Assembly (NCBI GenBank): GCA_951406725.2
Contig: OX597831.1
Coordinates: 53,320,001-53,384,000, forward strand
Direction: 5' to 3'
DNA length: 64,000 nucleotides
From: Octopus vulgaris
Taxonomy: Eukaryota
In this document: piece by piece, positions 22,460 to 35,068 of the stretch
Position numbering within the stretch: position 1 is the first letter of the stretch
Layout of the letters: the number at the start of each line of letters is the position of its first letter
Made by a program: the position numbers and the translations under genes
Notes under the pieces: model-generated
What the model was told of the DNA's origin: nothing
Databases searched by the model: none
Seen by the model: the letters and a program-made list of their open reading frames with translations, nothing else

Positions 22460-23436
22460 GTAAACACAGTTTCGTCTTCCATGCCATATGAATGCACCCC
22501 ACAACATAGATTAGTAGTTAGCAGCTTCAGGATCAGGGCTAAATGGATGCCCAGAAAATGACCAACATGGAGAAGAAGTGTCTGGTAGCTTAAGGGTCCT
22601 GCAAATGGACAGAGATTTAGAGACGTATTACTTGAAGCGTTTGATGAAATAAAGGAGGATGTAACATCACATGATGTGGGAGTAAACTGGAGGTTCCTAT
22701 GAGACAACCTGTTGAGGGCTACTGACCGGATCAGTGGATGATGCAAAGTCCCCTCTTGACTCAAGATAACGTGGTGGTGGAACAATGTAGTTGACAGGGC
22801 CATTAGGGAAAAGAAACAGGCATTGAAAGACTGGAAGAATGGTGGTAGCAGGGAATTGTATCAGATTGCCAGAAAGGAAGCTAGGAGACAGGTTTACTTA
22901 GAAGCAGATGAGAAAAAATTTGCCAATGTTCTGCGTCATGAGGACCAAAGACCTGAAGTGTTTTGTGTTGCAAGACTGTGTGCGAGAGAGAATTATGATG
23001 TCATAGGAGAGAATTGTGTCTGCATGGATGCTGGCTGACTTGCATTTAATGAGGCTACAAAGAAAGAGACTTGGAGACACCACTGTGAAAGGTTGCTAAA
23101 TGGGAGAAAGAGAGTCTGCCGAATGTCAACCCAACAGGGGAACCAGCTATCCAAATTGACAGTACCTTGTCGATAAAGCAATTAAGGGTATGAAGACAAG
23201 GAAAGCCCCCGGCCCATCAGGAATCACCTCAGAGATGCTTAAAATATTTAGTGGTATCAGTCATAGTCTAGTCACCCATATAGTCAATCAGGTGATGTAT
23301 GAAGGAGTCCTACCCAATGACTGGTGTAGCAGCACCATAGTCAACTGCTACAAAATTAAAGGTGATGCATTAGATACAAATAATTATAGAGGTATCAAGT
23401 TGTTGGATCAGGTAATGAAACTCAAGGAGAGGGTCA
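22460..23436 (+). mobile_element. RTE-clade (Expander/Rex3-like) LINE fragment
   Basis: TWWWN.VVDRAIREKKQA, KAPGPSGITSEMLK and LPNDWCSS..KGDALDTNNYRGIKLLDQVMK motifs; frameshifted. Confidence 0.88.
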
Positions 23437-23845
23437 TCATCATCATTGTTTAACATCCTTTTTCCATGCTGGCATGGGTTGGACGGCTTGACTGGGGTCT
23501 GGCAAGCCAGGAGGCTGCACCAGGCTCCAGTCTGATCTGGCATAACCCAACTAATTAGGGAGAGAGTGAGTGTAGTGGGTGCTTTTTACATGCCACCGGC
23601 ACAGGGGCCAGAGGAGGCTGGCAAATGGCCACGATTGGTTGGTGCTTGAATTAATCCTGCATTATTTCATAGCTTGGAGATTTTGGTGATGCCATTATTC
23701 ATTTTAGAAGGTCATTGTGGAGTAGGTGTGAGAGGCCTGACCTGGTTGGTTTGGACATAAAACAGGTAGGATATTTTTGGGCCGGATATAGCTGGTTTAA
23801 ATGCTAGAGAATTAAAACCTGTTTCTTTTGCTTTCTTTCTTTCAG

Positions 23846-24018
23846 AACTGGTTCAGATACCATGTCTGTCTTTCACAGTAGTCAAAAAGAAGCCTATTTC
23901 AGAGCGGAAATATAAAACCCCATTAAAGTTTCTGCCCAAACACCCTTTCATGGAACCACATATAGAACATAACCCTGAAGAAATTACAAAACTTTTAAAA
24001 GAATATAAAGAGAATGAG
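23846..24018 (+). CDS. MRPS18C: MRPS18C exon 2
   Basis: Long polypyrimidine tract plus ttcag; donor GAG|gttagt; open, phase 1 to 0, and bridges exons 1 and 3 in frame. Confidence 0.82.
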
Positions 24019-24351
24019 GTTAGTAAGATGCTTTATTTTGTTGTTTAGCACCCAAGTCATCTGTAGTTAAGCAGTCTTATGAGTAACAACATTTCAGCTG
24101 TGACTTACAGATTTTTTTTAACCCTTTAGCAATTCAGATAATTTTGTCAAATATCATGCCTATTTTTGTTGTTTTCAATTAATCATGGATTATCTGGTAG
24201 CTTTGAGATTTTCATAATGTGATTGCTTTTTTGAAAAGGACATTGTAGGGTAGGTGTGAGAAGCTGTATCTGGCTGGTTTGAATACTGAAGAGTTAAAGC
24301 ATAAGGTGTAACTTGTAGGAAATTTGATTGATATTTCTTGCAGGTCATCAT

Positions 24352-24780
24352 TCTCATCATCATCATTTTAATGTCTACCTTTCCATGCTCATGATTTAGA
24401 CAGTTAGTTGAGGCAGATTTTTTTTGTAGGTGGATGCCTTTCCTGTTGCCAACCTTCACAAGTTTCCAAGTAACTTTAATAATTTTCCATGGCCAGACAT
24501 GTTTTCAAGAAAGATTGGAAATGAAAGACATTGCTTATATGTTGGCAACGCTTGTTCACAACTATCACGTTGTCAAGACAAGGAGACACTAACACACTCA
24601 CACACACACACATATGATGGGCTTCTTTTCAGTTTCCATCTACCAAATCCACTCTCAAGGCTTTGGTCAGCCTGGGGGCTGCAATAGAAGACACTTGCTC
24701 AAGGTGCTACACTGGGATTCAACCCAAGACCACTTGCTTAAGAAGCAAGCTTCATAACCACACAGCTATGCCAGCACTTA
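24352..24780 (-). mobile_element. SINE with the family A head and an alternative ggaagggcatcc...(GAT)n tail
   Basis: Same head and body as family A but a different 3' module; similar copies at about 25105-25660, 26850-27117, 29315-29590 and 61365-61740. Confidence 0.75.
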
Positions 24781-25361
24781 AGGTGAATAGAGCCCCCAAT
24801 CCAATTCCCCATTGAGAGTCGTGGGTGACAAATAGAGTACCAGGCAATATTTTGCAGTATTCAGTAACATTTAATAAGTACTATCTTTCCTGTGCTGTTA
24901 CAAGAAATACCAGTCATCTATTGAGGTTGAGACAGGCAACTAAATTCCTTCCTACAAAACCTAAGATCTTGTTTATTAGAAATCAATATTGTGGTTTTTA
25001 TATTTTGGGTTCTGGCAATGTTCTAATTACTAATCTGAATAAACTGTCAAAAGTTGTGTATTCATTAAGGTGGATTCTTTGTAATAAACAATGAGATATC
25101 TGTTCATCATTATCATTGTTTGAATGTTTTATTTTCCATGCTCGCATGGGTCAGACAAAATTTGTTGAGGTAGAGTTTCTGTGACCAGGTGCCTTTCCTG
25201 TTGCCAAGTAAGGCAATTATTTCCCCATAACCAGACTTGTTTTTCATGGAAAGCTGTAAATAGAGGACACCGCTTGCATGACTATGTGTGACACTAACTT
25301 AAAACTATCACATGGTGTCAAGGCAAAGGGACACTAACTCATGCACACTCACGCACATATA

Positions 25362-25580
25362 CGAGGGAGTGCTGAGAAGTTCCTGGCTTTTGGTAAAAGA
25401 AAATACAGGAGGATCAGTTGATTATGGTTTTATACAAAATATTCCCCTCTCAGATTCATACACTTATTGCAGTGGTTCTTCAGTTTTCCTAAGTCCTGTA
25501 AAAAAAAACTTTGAAGGTTGGGCCTTCAACCAGACCTTTCATGATGCCCTTAAAACCAGGAACTTTTCAGCAGCCACTAA
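25362..25580. mobile_element. Mariner-derived MITE
   Basis: ta|CGAGGGAGTGCTGAGAAGTTCCTGGCTTT ... AAACCAGGAACTTTTCAGCAGCCACTAA|ta, an imperfect TIR pair. The internal minus-strand CNKCMNLRGEY resembles a mariner transposase C-terminus. Confidence 0.75.
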
Positions 25581-25919
25581 TATATAACAGACTTTTTTCA
25601 GTTTCCATCTACCAAATCCACTCACAAGGCTTTGGTCAGACTGGACTATAACAGAAAATGCTTGCCCAAGTTTATGTAAGTGTAAAAACCATCTTACCGT
25701 AATAGGTGCAAGCGTTCTGAGTGATTAAGAATTATGCTTCCCAATCACAAGCTCTCAAGTTCAGCCTCACTCCATGGCACCTTCTACAGCTGTGGACCAA
25801 CCAAAGCTTTGTGAGTAGATTTGGTAAATGGAAATGTAAAAAAACTCATTGTGTGTATATACATATATATATGTAGGTATGTACATATATGTATATATGC
25901 ATATGTATATTATTTATAT

Positions 25920-26590
25920 TTTTATTATATGATCGAACACCATGCATCCATTTCCAAGTAAGTTTTATCTTAGTAATTCTGATGCGACTCTTTATAACTA
26001 ACTTATCACTATCCTCCCTCTCTTATTCTTCTTACTTCTTGTTTTTCTCTCCCACCCCTCTCTAATTCTTCTCCTCCCCTTCACCGTTCTCTTTCTTTCC
26101 CTCCCTCTCTCTCACGCTTCCTCCTTGACTCTTGTTGCTCACACGTGACCAGCAGCTATCTTTCTTTCTTCTCATTGCCTTACAAGAGACAACACACATT
26201 TTTGCCTGTCTCCTGTCAAGGCTCGTTTCTCCTATGTTTACCACTTCACCTCGTTATGGCTCAACAGCCCTTACCGTTTGTTTTCACTGTTTTGTTCTTA
26301 CTGTCCTGTTTTTGTTACCACTTTAACCCTCTGCATATCCCAAATTTTATTTAATTTGCTTTGCAGGAACAACTGTTTTAATGAAGATGTGTCTTGTCCC
26401 AAGCATTCGAAATGCGGAGTAGATAAAACGGGACAACTGATGAAGGGGCTGTTCTTCATGTTGCCTGTCTCGTTTCTCTATTTGTTTCTTTTGTTGTTCG
26501 AAAAAAAGTTTGTTTTCCATGTTCTTGTTTTACCTGTTCTCATTTTTCATGTTCACGTTTTTTTGATGTCCTGTACCCAAATACGTACCC
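25920..26590 (+). mobile_element. Penelope-like repeat (single-orientation relative of the 36140-36510 fold-back)
   Basis: 26395-26580 is homologous to the arms of the 36 kb palindrome; 25925-25960 is homologous to 36574-36610. Confidence 0.55.
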
Positions 26591-27280
26591 AAATGAAAGA
26601 GAATGGACTGTATGAGAATTTATTATTAATCATGACAGTTATTTCGACACTTCTTGCATCGATTCCTCTTAGGTGGGACACTCAACAACTGCTTCAGAAG
26701 CATCCAGTGGTGCAGATGTATCTTGTCGGGTGATAAATAAATACAACTTAAAACTATCACATTATTATCCATTATATATATGTGTGTATATATGTGTGCG
26801 TGTATATGTGTGCGCATGTGTGTGTGTATGTGTGTGTGTATATATATGTGTATGTGTGTGGATTTGGTAGATGGAGACACAAAGAAACTCATTGTGTGTG
26901 TTTTTGTTTTGACATCACATGATAGTTGTAAATGTCGTCACTGTCTTGCAAGCAGAATCATTTATTTCCAATATTTGCAAATACATGGCTAACCATGGGG
27001 GAAATATTACCTGGGTTGGTGACAGGAAGGGCATCCTGTTGTTGAAAAATCTGCCTCAATAAACTTCGTCTGACCCATGCAAGCATGAAAAGTGGGTGTT
27101 AATATGGTGGTGATGATCCTAACTCTTTTATGACCCTATTTATACAAACTATGTGTTTCAATTAATTTGAAGATATATTCAGTTATTTTGAAGGATTTAA
27201 TAAAATAACTTTGTTCTTATTAAGTCAGTGGATTGGAACATAACTTAAAAAGTTCATAACTAATTACAACAGAATGTTAT

Positions 27281-27632
27281 AGGCTGTGTGGTAAGTAGCT
27301 TGTTTACCAACCACATAGTTCCGGGTTCAGTCCCACTGTGTGGCACATTGGACAAGTGTCTTCTACTATAGCCTCGGGCCGACCAAAGCCTTGTGAGTGG
27401 ATTTGGTAGCCCGTTGTATATATATATATGTGTGTTTGTGTGTCTGTGTTTGTCCCCCTAGCATTGCTTGACAACCGATGCTGGTGTGTTTATGTCCCCG
27501 TCACTTAGCTGTTCGGCAAAAGAGACCGATAGAATAAGTACTGGACTTACAAAGAATAAGTCCCGGGGTCGAGTTGCTCGATTAAAGGCGGTGCTCCAGC
27601 ATGGTCGCAATCAAATGACTAAAACAAGTAAA
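27281..27632 (+). mobile_element. SINE family A copy (young, CpG-retaining)
   Basis: ggctgtgtggtaagtagcttg...ccgggttcagtccc...aaaacaagtaaaa. Confidence 0.85.
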
Positions 27633-27846
27633 ACAGTGAGTAGAACCTGTGATGATTTCAGGTAGATATCAATCTAATATCAATTGAAAGGTTAAATCTT
27701 TCAATAGTCTAAACAGTTATTATCTGCTTGTGTTCAGTCTCTCACACAGTAAATAGAATTTTATTGATATGTTGTAATTGTTTAGTTTTGTTTTAATAAC
27801 TACCCAACACAAATAATTAATAGTGTTCTTGATTTTTGTTTTTTAG

Positions 27847-27930
27847 CCTGTATCCTCAATGCCCAATCCTTACACAAAGCCATATAAGAGATGTGTTTTG
27901 TGTCAACATGATGTAAAACTAGACTACAAG
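27847..27930 (+). CDS. MRPS18C: MRPS18C exon 3 (PVSSMPNPYTKPYKRCVLCQHDVKLDYK)
   Basis: Matches bS18m MENPYKEPLKKCILC..VDYK; acceptor tttttag, donor AAG|gtaaga. Confidence 0.95.
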
Positions 27931-28229
27931 GTAAGATATTGTTGAATAAACTACATATAGCACATGTATTTTACAGCCAGCATTGTAATATTCAGTATTT
28001 TACAGTATATGACAATACAGGCTGTAGATTATATGATGCATATGAAAAAATATACTGTAAGACATGTAAATTTTATGAACATTTTATGTATGACAGATGT
28101 GTAGTTGTGGTTAAAGCTTTATTAAAGATGGTACTATTGTATGATAGATGCAGGCATGGCGGTGCAGTAAGAAGTTTGCTTCAATCACACTATGTGGGAT
28201 CTTTGGCAAATGTCTTCTACTATATCCTT

Positions 28230-28455
28230 GAGCTGGCAGAAACGTTAGCACACCGGACGAAATGCATAGCCATATTTTCGTCTGCTGTTACGTTCTGAAT
28301 TCAAATTCCGCCGAGGTTGACTTTGCCTTTCATCCTTTCGGGGTCAATAAATTAAGTACCAGTTATGCACTGGGGTCGATGTAATCGACTTAATCCCTTT
28401 GTCTGTCCTTGTTTGTTCCCTCTATGTTTAGCCCCTTGTGGGTAGTGAAGAAATA
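28230..28455 (+). mobile_element. Meta-SINE-like copy nested in an older SINE
   Basis: Flanked by duplicated tatatccttgagct (28221-28234 and 28456-28469). Confidence 0.85.
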
Positions 28456-29059
28456 TATATCCTTGAGCTAACCAAAGCCTTGTGACTGGTTTTAGTAGAC
28501 AGAGAATGAAACAAACCTGTTGTGTATATATGTATATATATCATCATCATTTAGTGTCAGCTTTCATTGCTGGCATAGGTTGGACGGTTTCACTGAAACT
28601 GGTAAGCCAGAGAGCTGTACCAAGTTCCAGTTTGATTTGGCATGGTTTCTACAGCTGGATGCCCTTCCTAATGCCAACCACTCCAAGAGTATAATAGGCT
28701 CTTTTTACATGCCACTGGCATGGGTGCTTTTGTGTGCCACCAGCATGGGTGCTAGTTAGTTATGTGACACCAGCATTGGTCATGACTACTATTTTGTTTG
28801 GCTTGATGAGTCTTATCAAGCACAGCATATTACCAAAGGTAACTTGTCATCACTACATGAGGCCCAACATTCGAAGATCATGCTTCACCACCTCATCCCA
28901 TGTCTTCCTGGGTCTACCTCTTCCACAAGTGTATATATATATGCTCTTTGGAATGGTGAAGCTTTAAGCAGATAAAGCTATAAATAATAGCATGTAAATT
29001 GGGTTTAAAATCTCTTTAGATGGAAAAAGTTGAAGGCTGCCTGTGACAGCAATATATAT

Positions 29060-29290
29060 ATTTCTTTACTACCCACAAGGGGCTAAATATAGAGGGAACA
29101 AACAAGGACAGACAAATGGATTAAGTCGATTACATCGACCCCAGTGCGAAACTGGTACTTTATTTATCAACCCCGAAAGGATGAAAGGCAAAGTCTACCT
29201 CGGCAGAATTTGAACTCAGAACGTAACGTCAGACGAACTACCGCTAAGCATTTCGCCCGGCGCGCTAACGATTCTGCCAGCTCGCCGCCT
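29060..29290 (-). mobile_element. Meta-SINE-like copy, very young
   Basis: 16-bp TSD tgacagcaatatatat (29044-29059 and 29291-29306); CpGs intact. An older copy lies at about 35121-35335. Confidence 0.9.
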
Positions 29291-29980
29291 TGACAGCAAT
29301 ATATATGTTTGCATATGTGTGTGTGTGTGTACACCTGCCTGCAAGTATGTGTTTGTGTGTTGACTTTGTTTAATAGTTGTAAACAAGTATCACCATCATA
29401 CCAGCAGTTTCCTTCATTTCCAATCTTTTGTGAAAACATATCTAGTCATGGGGAAATATTACCTTATTTGGTAACAGCTGAAGGTTGGCAACAGGAAGGG
29501 CATCGAGCTGTAGAAAAAAATCTGCCTCAGCAAATTCTGTCTGACCCATGCAAGTATGGAAAGGTGGACATTAAATCATGATAATGATGACAGTTGTCCA
29601 GTTGAGTTTGAATCTTTATAAATATGTTACCCTTATGAGAAATTTACTGTTGAGAATAAAACTCTATATCTGAGAGATGTGCAGTTCACTGCATTTCTAG
29701 ATGAGCTAGAAATGAGTGATGTGTAATTGTAATCATCATCATCACTATTTATATGGAGCTACATATACACATGATGCTTGGGTTTGCAATACTGCAGCCT
29801 TCTACACCATGTCAATCCTATGGCTTCTCTGTAGAGCCTAGTGTTGTCAGGTCAGCTCTGTCTCTTCTTAGATCTTGGCACAGGACCAGTAGCAGAGATC
29901 ACTCCCCATACCATTACATTGCCTCCTCCATATGTCACTGTCTTCTTCACACATGCATGAGATAACCTTTTGCCACTTCT

Positions 29981-30625
29981 TCATTGGACGTACATCCTGC
30001 CATTGGAACCAATCACATTAAACTTCGATTCATTGCTAAAATGGACCTGCGACCTCTGTTTTTCAGTCCAAATGACATGTTCACAAGCAAAATGAAGACA
30101 GGCTCTTTGATTCTTGTCGGAGATCAGAGGTTTCTTTGCCAGTACCTGAATAAGCAACCCAGAACCTCGTAACCTCCAAAAAACTGTTTTGTGCAATACG
30201 TTGACATTGGAAGTGGAGCTAAGCTTGCGGGATGACTCAGCAGCACTTTTAAACCTATCCTTCAATGACATTCTAACCATAATATGATCCTGGCTTGGTG
30301 AAATTTTATGAGGTCTACCAGTTTTGGGTTTAGAATCTGTTGATCCTGATGACTTAAAACGAGCTACAATTCGTTGCACAACACTTCTAGAGCTTCCTAC
30401 AGTAGTTGCTATCACAGAATTTGACTTGCCGTCTTGGTGAAGGCACACAATCTTTTGTTTTTCATCACACTGGTCATCTCTCACAAGCCGCCATGTTGAC
30501 AGTTGAATGTTCCAATAATGTAAGATCATAAGTAGTAACTGTTAGCCCATTAACAGTCTTGTAAACAACAAATACCTCAGTTAGTAGTTCATTTTTTTCT
30601 AAGTGACCCTTAACTTTTGGCTGCT
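29981..30625 (-). mobile_element. Tc1-like transposon 5' half (HTH region to the first catalytic motif)
   Basis: ORF 29981-30529 has KTGRPHK, KKPLISDKNQRACLHFA and VHFSNESKF (the D of DES is mutated to N). Confidence 0.88.
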
Positions 30626-30978
30626 GCAATTTGGAAGATTATTTGTTTATTTCCTCATAACTTATGAAATATTTATTCCATTCTTTGGCAAAATTCTTCA
30701 TTTATAAATATTTACAAACATCACTGTATTGGCAAGTATTTCTAATTATTTATAATTACCTTCCTTTTGTATTTAGATTTCTTTAAACGGACAATATTAT
30801 CAATCTTTCTTTCAATAGACAATATTTTAATTTTATGTCTTAAAAAATTACTACTTATTTACTTATCTTACATTCTATTAACTTTGTAACTTTTAAGCAG
30901 AAAAATCTTCCAGAACAGTCAAACATCCATAGAAGTACAGAAAAAATAATTTTGAGGTGCAAAAATCTTATTTACTTA

Positions 30979-31966
30979 TCTTATTATATATTGTTACTTA
31001 TGTTTACCAGAAAAATACCAGCGTTCATCCAATGAAAATGTTGTTGAGAGAAATAGAGAATGAGTGAAAAAGAGAGAGGGTATGTGTGTTTGTAGATATA
31101 GAGAGAAAGAGAGAGAGGCAGCATTCATCAATAAAGTGAAAAGGTTTTTGTTGAGAGAGAGAGAGCAAGAGGCACTGTTTGATACCACTCCTCTCTCTCT
31201 TTCTCTTACTTATTCTGCTACTCCCTTATTGCGTGATTTTGGACAAACTTACAGACAAGCTTATTATTATAATATATATATATATATATATAAATACTAG
31301 AAAAAATTTTTCCACAAATTAATTTATTTATCGTAATCTATGCCATTTGAAAGGGATTTGTATAAATTTTCATTAAAAGATACCCATCTCTCTGAAAGTT
31401 ATGAGGTAAAAAATCAGATTGTGTGAATTTCAGCACACAATCTCAGATCAAGAAACTCCTATCTCCACCCCTTTGCAAAAATTCTTCCCCATAAATCCCT
31501 ATATACTCTGAAGCCACAACATATAAGTGGTATTTGTAGAAAACTTTGTTCAAAAGTATCCATTTTTCTGGATGTTATGAGGCAACAAAAGTCAGGGGCA
31601 TATACATCTGTAGTGATGCCCTTTTATTTATATGATTTTTTCATTTGATGTTTATTTCATTCATTGTTTGTAATGTTCTCTCTCTCTCACACACACACCA
31701 TAAATTGAAATCTCTATGTTGCTTTGAGGGGAAGGTAAAACTTGACAAACTGTTTCTCCCTCTGTTGTTGGACTACTGTGATGTTTATTTAAAAAAGAGA
31801 TTTTATGACTGATAAAATAATGAAAGCAATATTTACTAAGCAACTGGGCACTATTATACAAAGAAATAAACGTAAAATATTAAAATTATTAGAAAAGGGA
31901 ATCAAATGTGAAAATATTATCAAGGAGCTAGCAGAAAGACTGCCCAGAGGGTGGTTTTTCTGCTAG
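30979..31966. mobile_element. Possible nested, decayed Helitron-like elements
   Basis: A terminal hairpin ends in CTAG|t at 31966. An internal minus-strand piece (31297-31635) starts TCATATAAATAAAAG and ends CTAG|t. The outer 5' boundary is uncertain. Confidence 0.35.
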
Positions 31967-32013
31967 TATATATGTATATTTATATATATACATATATATA
32001 TATAGATAGATAA

Positions 32014-32420
32014 TAGGTACAGGAGTGGCTGTGTGGTAAGTAGCTTGCTTACCAACCACATGATTCTTAGTTCAATCCCACTGTGCGGCACCTTGGGCAA
32101 GTATCTTCCATTATAGCCTCAGGCCGACTAAAGCTTGTGAGTGGATACTGTAGATGGAAGCTGAAAGAGGCCTGTTGTGTGTCTCTATAATAAATATATA
32201 TATATATATATGTATGTGTTTGTGTGTCTGTGCCCCCCACCCCCATCATTGCTTGACGACTGGTCTTGGTGTGTTTACGTCCGCGTAACTTAGCAGTTGG
32301 GCAAAAGAGATCAATACAGTAAGTATTAGGCTTACAAAGATTAAGTCCTAGGGTTGATTTTTTTCGACTAAAGGCAGTGTTCCAGCATGGCCACAGTCAA
32401 ATGACTGAAACAAAAGAATA
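32014..32420 (+). mobile_element. SINE family A copy
   Basis: Collinear with 27281-27632. Confidence 0.85.
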
Positions 32421-33078
32421 TATATAGCCTCGTAGAAGTTTAGGTTGGCTAGTGCTTGAGATTCAGCAGTGTTCTATGATTCTTTAATTAGCTTTGGACC
32501 ATTATTGACAGTTCTATCATGTTGTGGTCTGAATGAGTTGATGGTGATATTTTTATGTTGTGGATAAGGTCCATATTGTTTGTGAAGCAGATATCCAGGA
32601 TGTTGTTATTCCTGGTTGGGGAAAGTATGGTCTGCTCCATGAACATCATTTTCATGAGATCTACTAGAGATTCTGCTTGATTGCATTCTTTTCGTCTCAG
32701 CCCTGAGGTTATGACACCTTCGGGCCATCTAATGTTAGGGAAGTTGAAGTCACCCATCAGAAGTACATTAAGGCATTGGTCTAGGTTTGTGAGTACTTCT
32801 TTTATCTTTGTAAGGCATTTCTCAAACTTACCATCGTGGTTTAAGGCACCGGGTGGGCCGTATAATGTGCACATTACCATGTCAAGTTGCTTTAGATGTA
32901 CTGTGAGCGTGTCGCAGACCTCATTTGAATGCGACAGCAGTGTCACTGCTGTGACATCTTCATGGATGTACATCACAACTTCATTGTGACTTCTGTCTGT
33001 GCAGAACACAGTATACATTGGTATGTGTATCTCTGCATCATCTATATCTGCAGACAGATGAGTCTGTGAGTGCAATGC
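32420..33078 (-). mobile_element. AP-endonuclease fragment of a CR1/L2/Jockey-group LINE
   Basis: ORF 32488-33075 has LLMGDFNFP, PTRNNNILDICFTN and SDHNMI motifs. Confidence 0.88.
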
Positions 33079-33752
33079 ATCCAGCCACGCTCAAATGGTG
33101 TTTTTTACGAGCCAGTCCAGCGGAACTGGCAATGACATTTGCTCGAATGTTTTTTCATGTGCCAGTAAGGCGACGCTGGTAACGATCATGCTGGAATGGT
33201 GCCTTTTACATGCCACCGGCACGGAAGCCAGTTAACTGCTCTGGCAACGATCATGCTTAGATGGTGCTCTTAGCGCTCCACTTGCACGGATGCCAGTCAT
33301 CGAATTTGATTTCAATATATATATATATATATTTATGTGTGTGTTTCTGTGTTTGTACCCCCACCATCGCTTGACTGGTGTGTCTATGTCCCTGTAATTT
33401 AGCTGTTCTGCAGAAGAAACTGATAGAATAAGTACTAGGCTTACAAAGAATAAGTTTTAGGGTCAATTTCTTTGACTAAAATCCTTCAAGGTGGTACTCC
33501 AGCATGGCCACAGTCAAATGACTGGAACAAGTAAAAGAATAAAATAATTATTTGGAAACAGGTGAGATTTTTCAAAAAAGAAAGGGTTTCAACAAAAATT
33601 CTGTTCAACCCAGGTGAGCATGGAAAAGTGGATGTAAAAACGATGATGATATATATGTGTGTTACTGTCCCCTTTGATTCTGTATAATAGTTGTAAACGA
33701 GTGCCAGCATTGGTACTTGATCTGTTGGAAATAGCAGTCAAATCTCCCTTAA

Positions 33753-33973
33753 CCCTTTAGTGTTCAAACCGGCCAAATCCGGCCCAATATATTCTACATG
33801 TTTTATATTCAAACTGGTGATATCTGGCCTCTCACTCCTAACCTACAATGCCATTCCGAAAATAAACAATCACATCATTGAAACCTCAAAGCTATAAGAT
33901 AATGCAGGATTAATTCAAAACAATTTGAGTGAAAAAGCATTACATTAAACAGAGTATTCTGAACACTAAAGGG
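33753..33973. mobile_element. piggyBac-like MITE, complete
   Basis: TTAA on both sides; perfect 14-bp TIR CCCTTTAGTGTTCA/TGAACACTAAAGGG. Other copies lie near 9459-9555, 23648-23815, 24118-24297 and 38750-38915. Confidence 0.85.
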
Positions 33974-34301
33974 TTAAGTCATACCTTACATGTCATCTTA
34001 AAAAGAAAAAAGGGACATGTTAAATAACATAGTTCTGGTTACGTTGCAGATGCTAAGTGGAACTGAGTACCATTCTCAGAAAATAAGGAAGGGTTGGTAC
34101 CGGGGAAAAGGCAGCTGCCAAGAAACTTTGGTCCAAGCCATGCCAACATGGTTTAAAAAAAGAAACAAAACACATGTAAAAACATTGATGGTGATTATTT
34201 TGTCTCTCTGTATTAATGTGTAATATATTGTCTCTGCATGTGTTACTTGTATTGTTTCTCATACACATTTTATTACATATCTATTGTCTCTTTATTAAAT
34301 A

Positions 34302-34697
34302 CTAGCAGTATCGCCCGGCGTTGCTCGGGTTTGTAAGGGAAATAACTATATAAGCATTTTTAGAGTTATAGCCAAAAAATAACAAAAAAATGCATTAAAA
34401 ATGGAAAAAAATTATGGTAAATTTTTTTTAAAATCGTCGACTCATTGTAGACATTTTTAGAGAGTTACTTCCCTTATATAATAGCGAAAAAAATGCATTA
34501 AAATGGAAAAAAATGATGGTAAATTTTTTTTTTAATCGTAGACTCATTGTAAACACACGCTAATACCCAGAAGGGCTCGATATGAATCACGACTATAAGA
34601 TACCCGGTTTTGGTTAAACTGCACCGCAAAATGTGGGAGTAGTTAGGAATCTAAATCGTAGGAGACAGACACACAACCTCTCTTTTATATATAAAGA
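34302..34697 (-). mobile_element. Non-autonomous Helitron (young)
   Basis: Minus strand a|TCTTTATATATAAAAG ... CCCGAGCAACGCCGGGCGATACTGCTAG|t; internal tandem duplication of about 100 bp. Confidence 0.85.
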
Positions 34698-34941
34698 TGT
34701 GTTATATTTTCTCTGTATGTACTACAGATGTATTATATTGCCTCTGTGTATTATATATGTATTATAGTCTCTTTCTCTCTCTGTATTGTGTTTATATTGT
34801 ATTATCTTTGTGTATATTGCATAAGTATTGCCTCTCTTTGTGTATTACACATGTATTATATTATCTCTCTTATGTATTATATTGTGATATGTTAAAGACA
34901 CTTATAGAGTATAGCTCACCAATTTCTGGTTATATTTTCAG

Positions 34942-35068
34942 AATGTGCAGTTATTAAGTCAGTTTGTTTCACCATTCACTGGCCAGCTGTTCAACCGATC
35001 AATAACTGGTCTTTGTATACCGATGCAAAAGAAAGTTTCCAGGCTTGTTAAAACTTCCAGAAGGCTTG
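34942..35068 (+). CDS. MRPS18C: MRPS18C exon 4 (NVQLLSQFVSPFTGQLFNRSITGLC...RRLG)
   Basis: NVQLLSQFVSPFTG and ITGLC are the S18 core of MRPS18C; acceptor ttttcag, donor G|gtaagt. Confidence 0.97.

Noticed and set aside
34942-35068. Assignment to MRPS18A, MRPS18B or bacterial rpsR
   Set aside because: NPY..P...CxLC, DYKNVQLLSQFVSPFTG and KD..Y..DPK are characteristic of MRPS18C, and the gene has spliceosomal introns.
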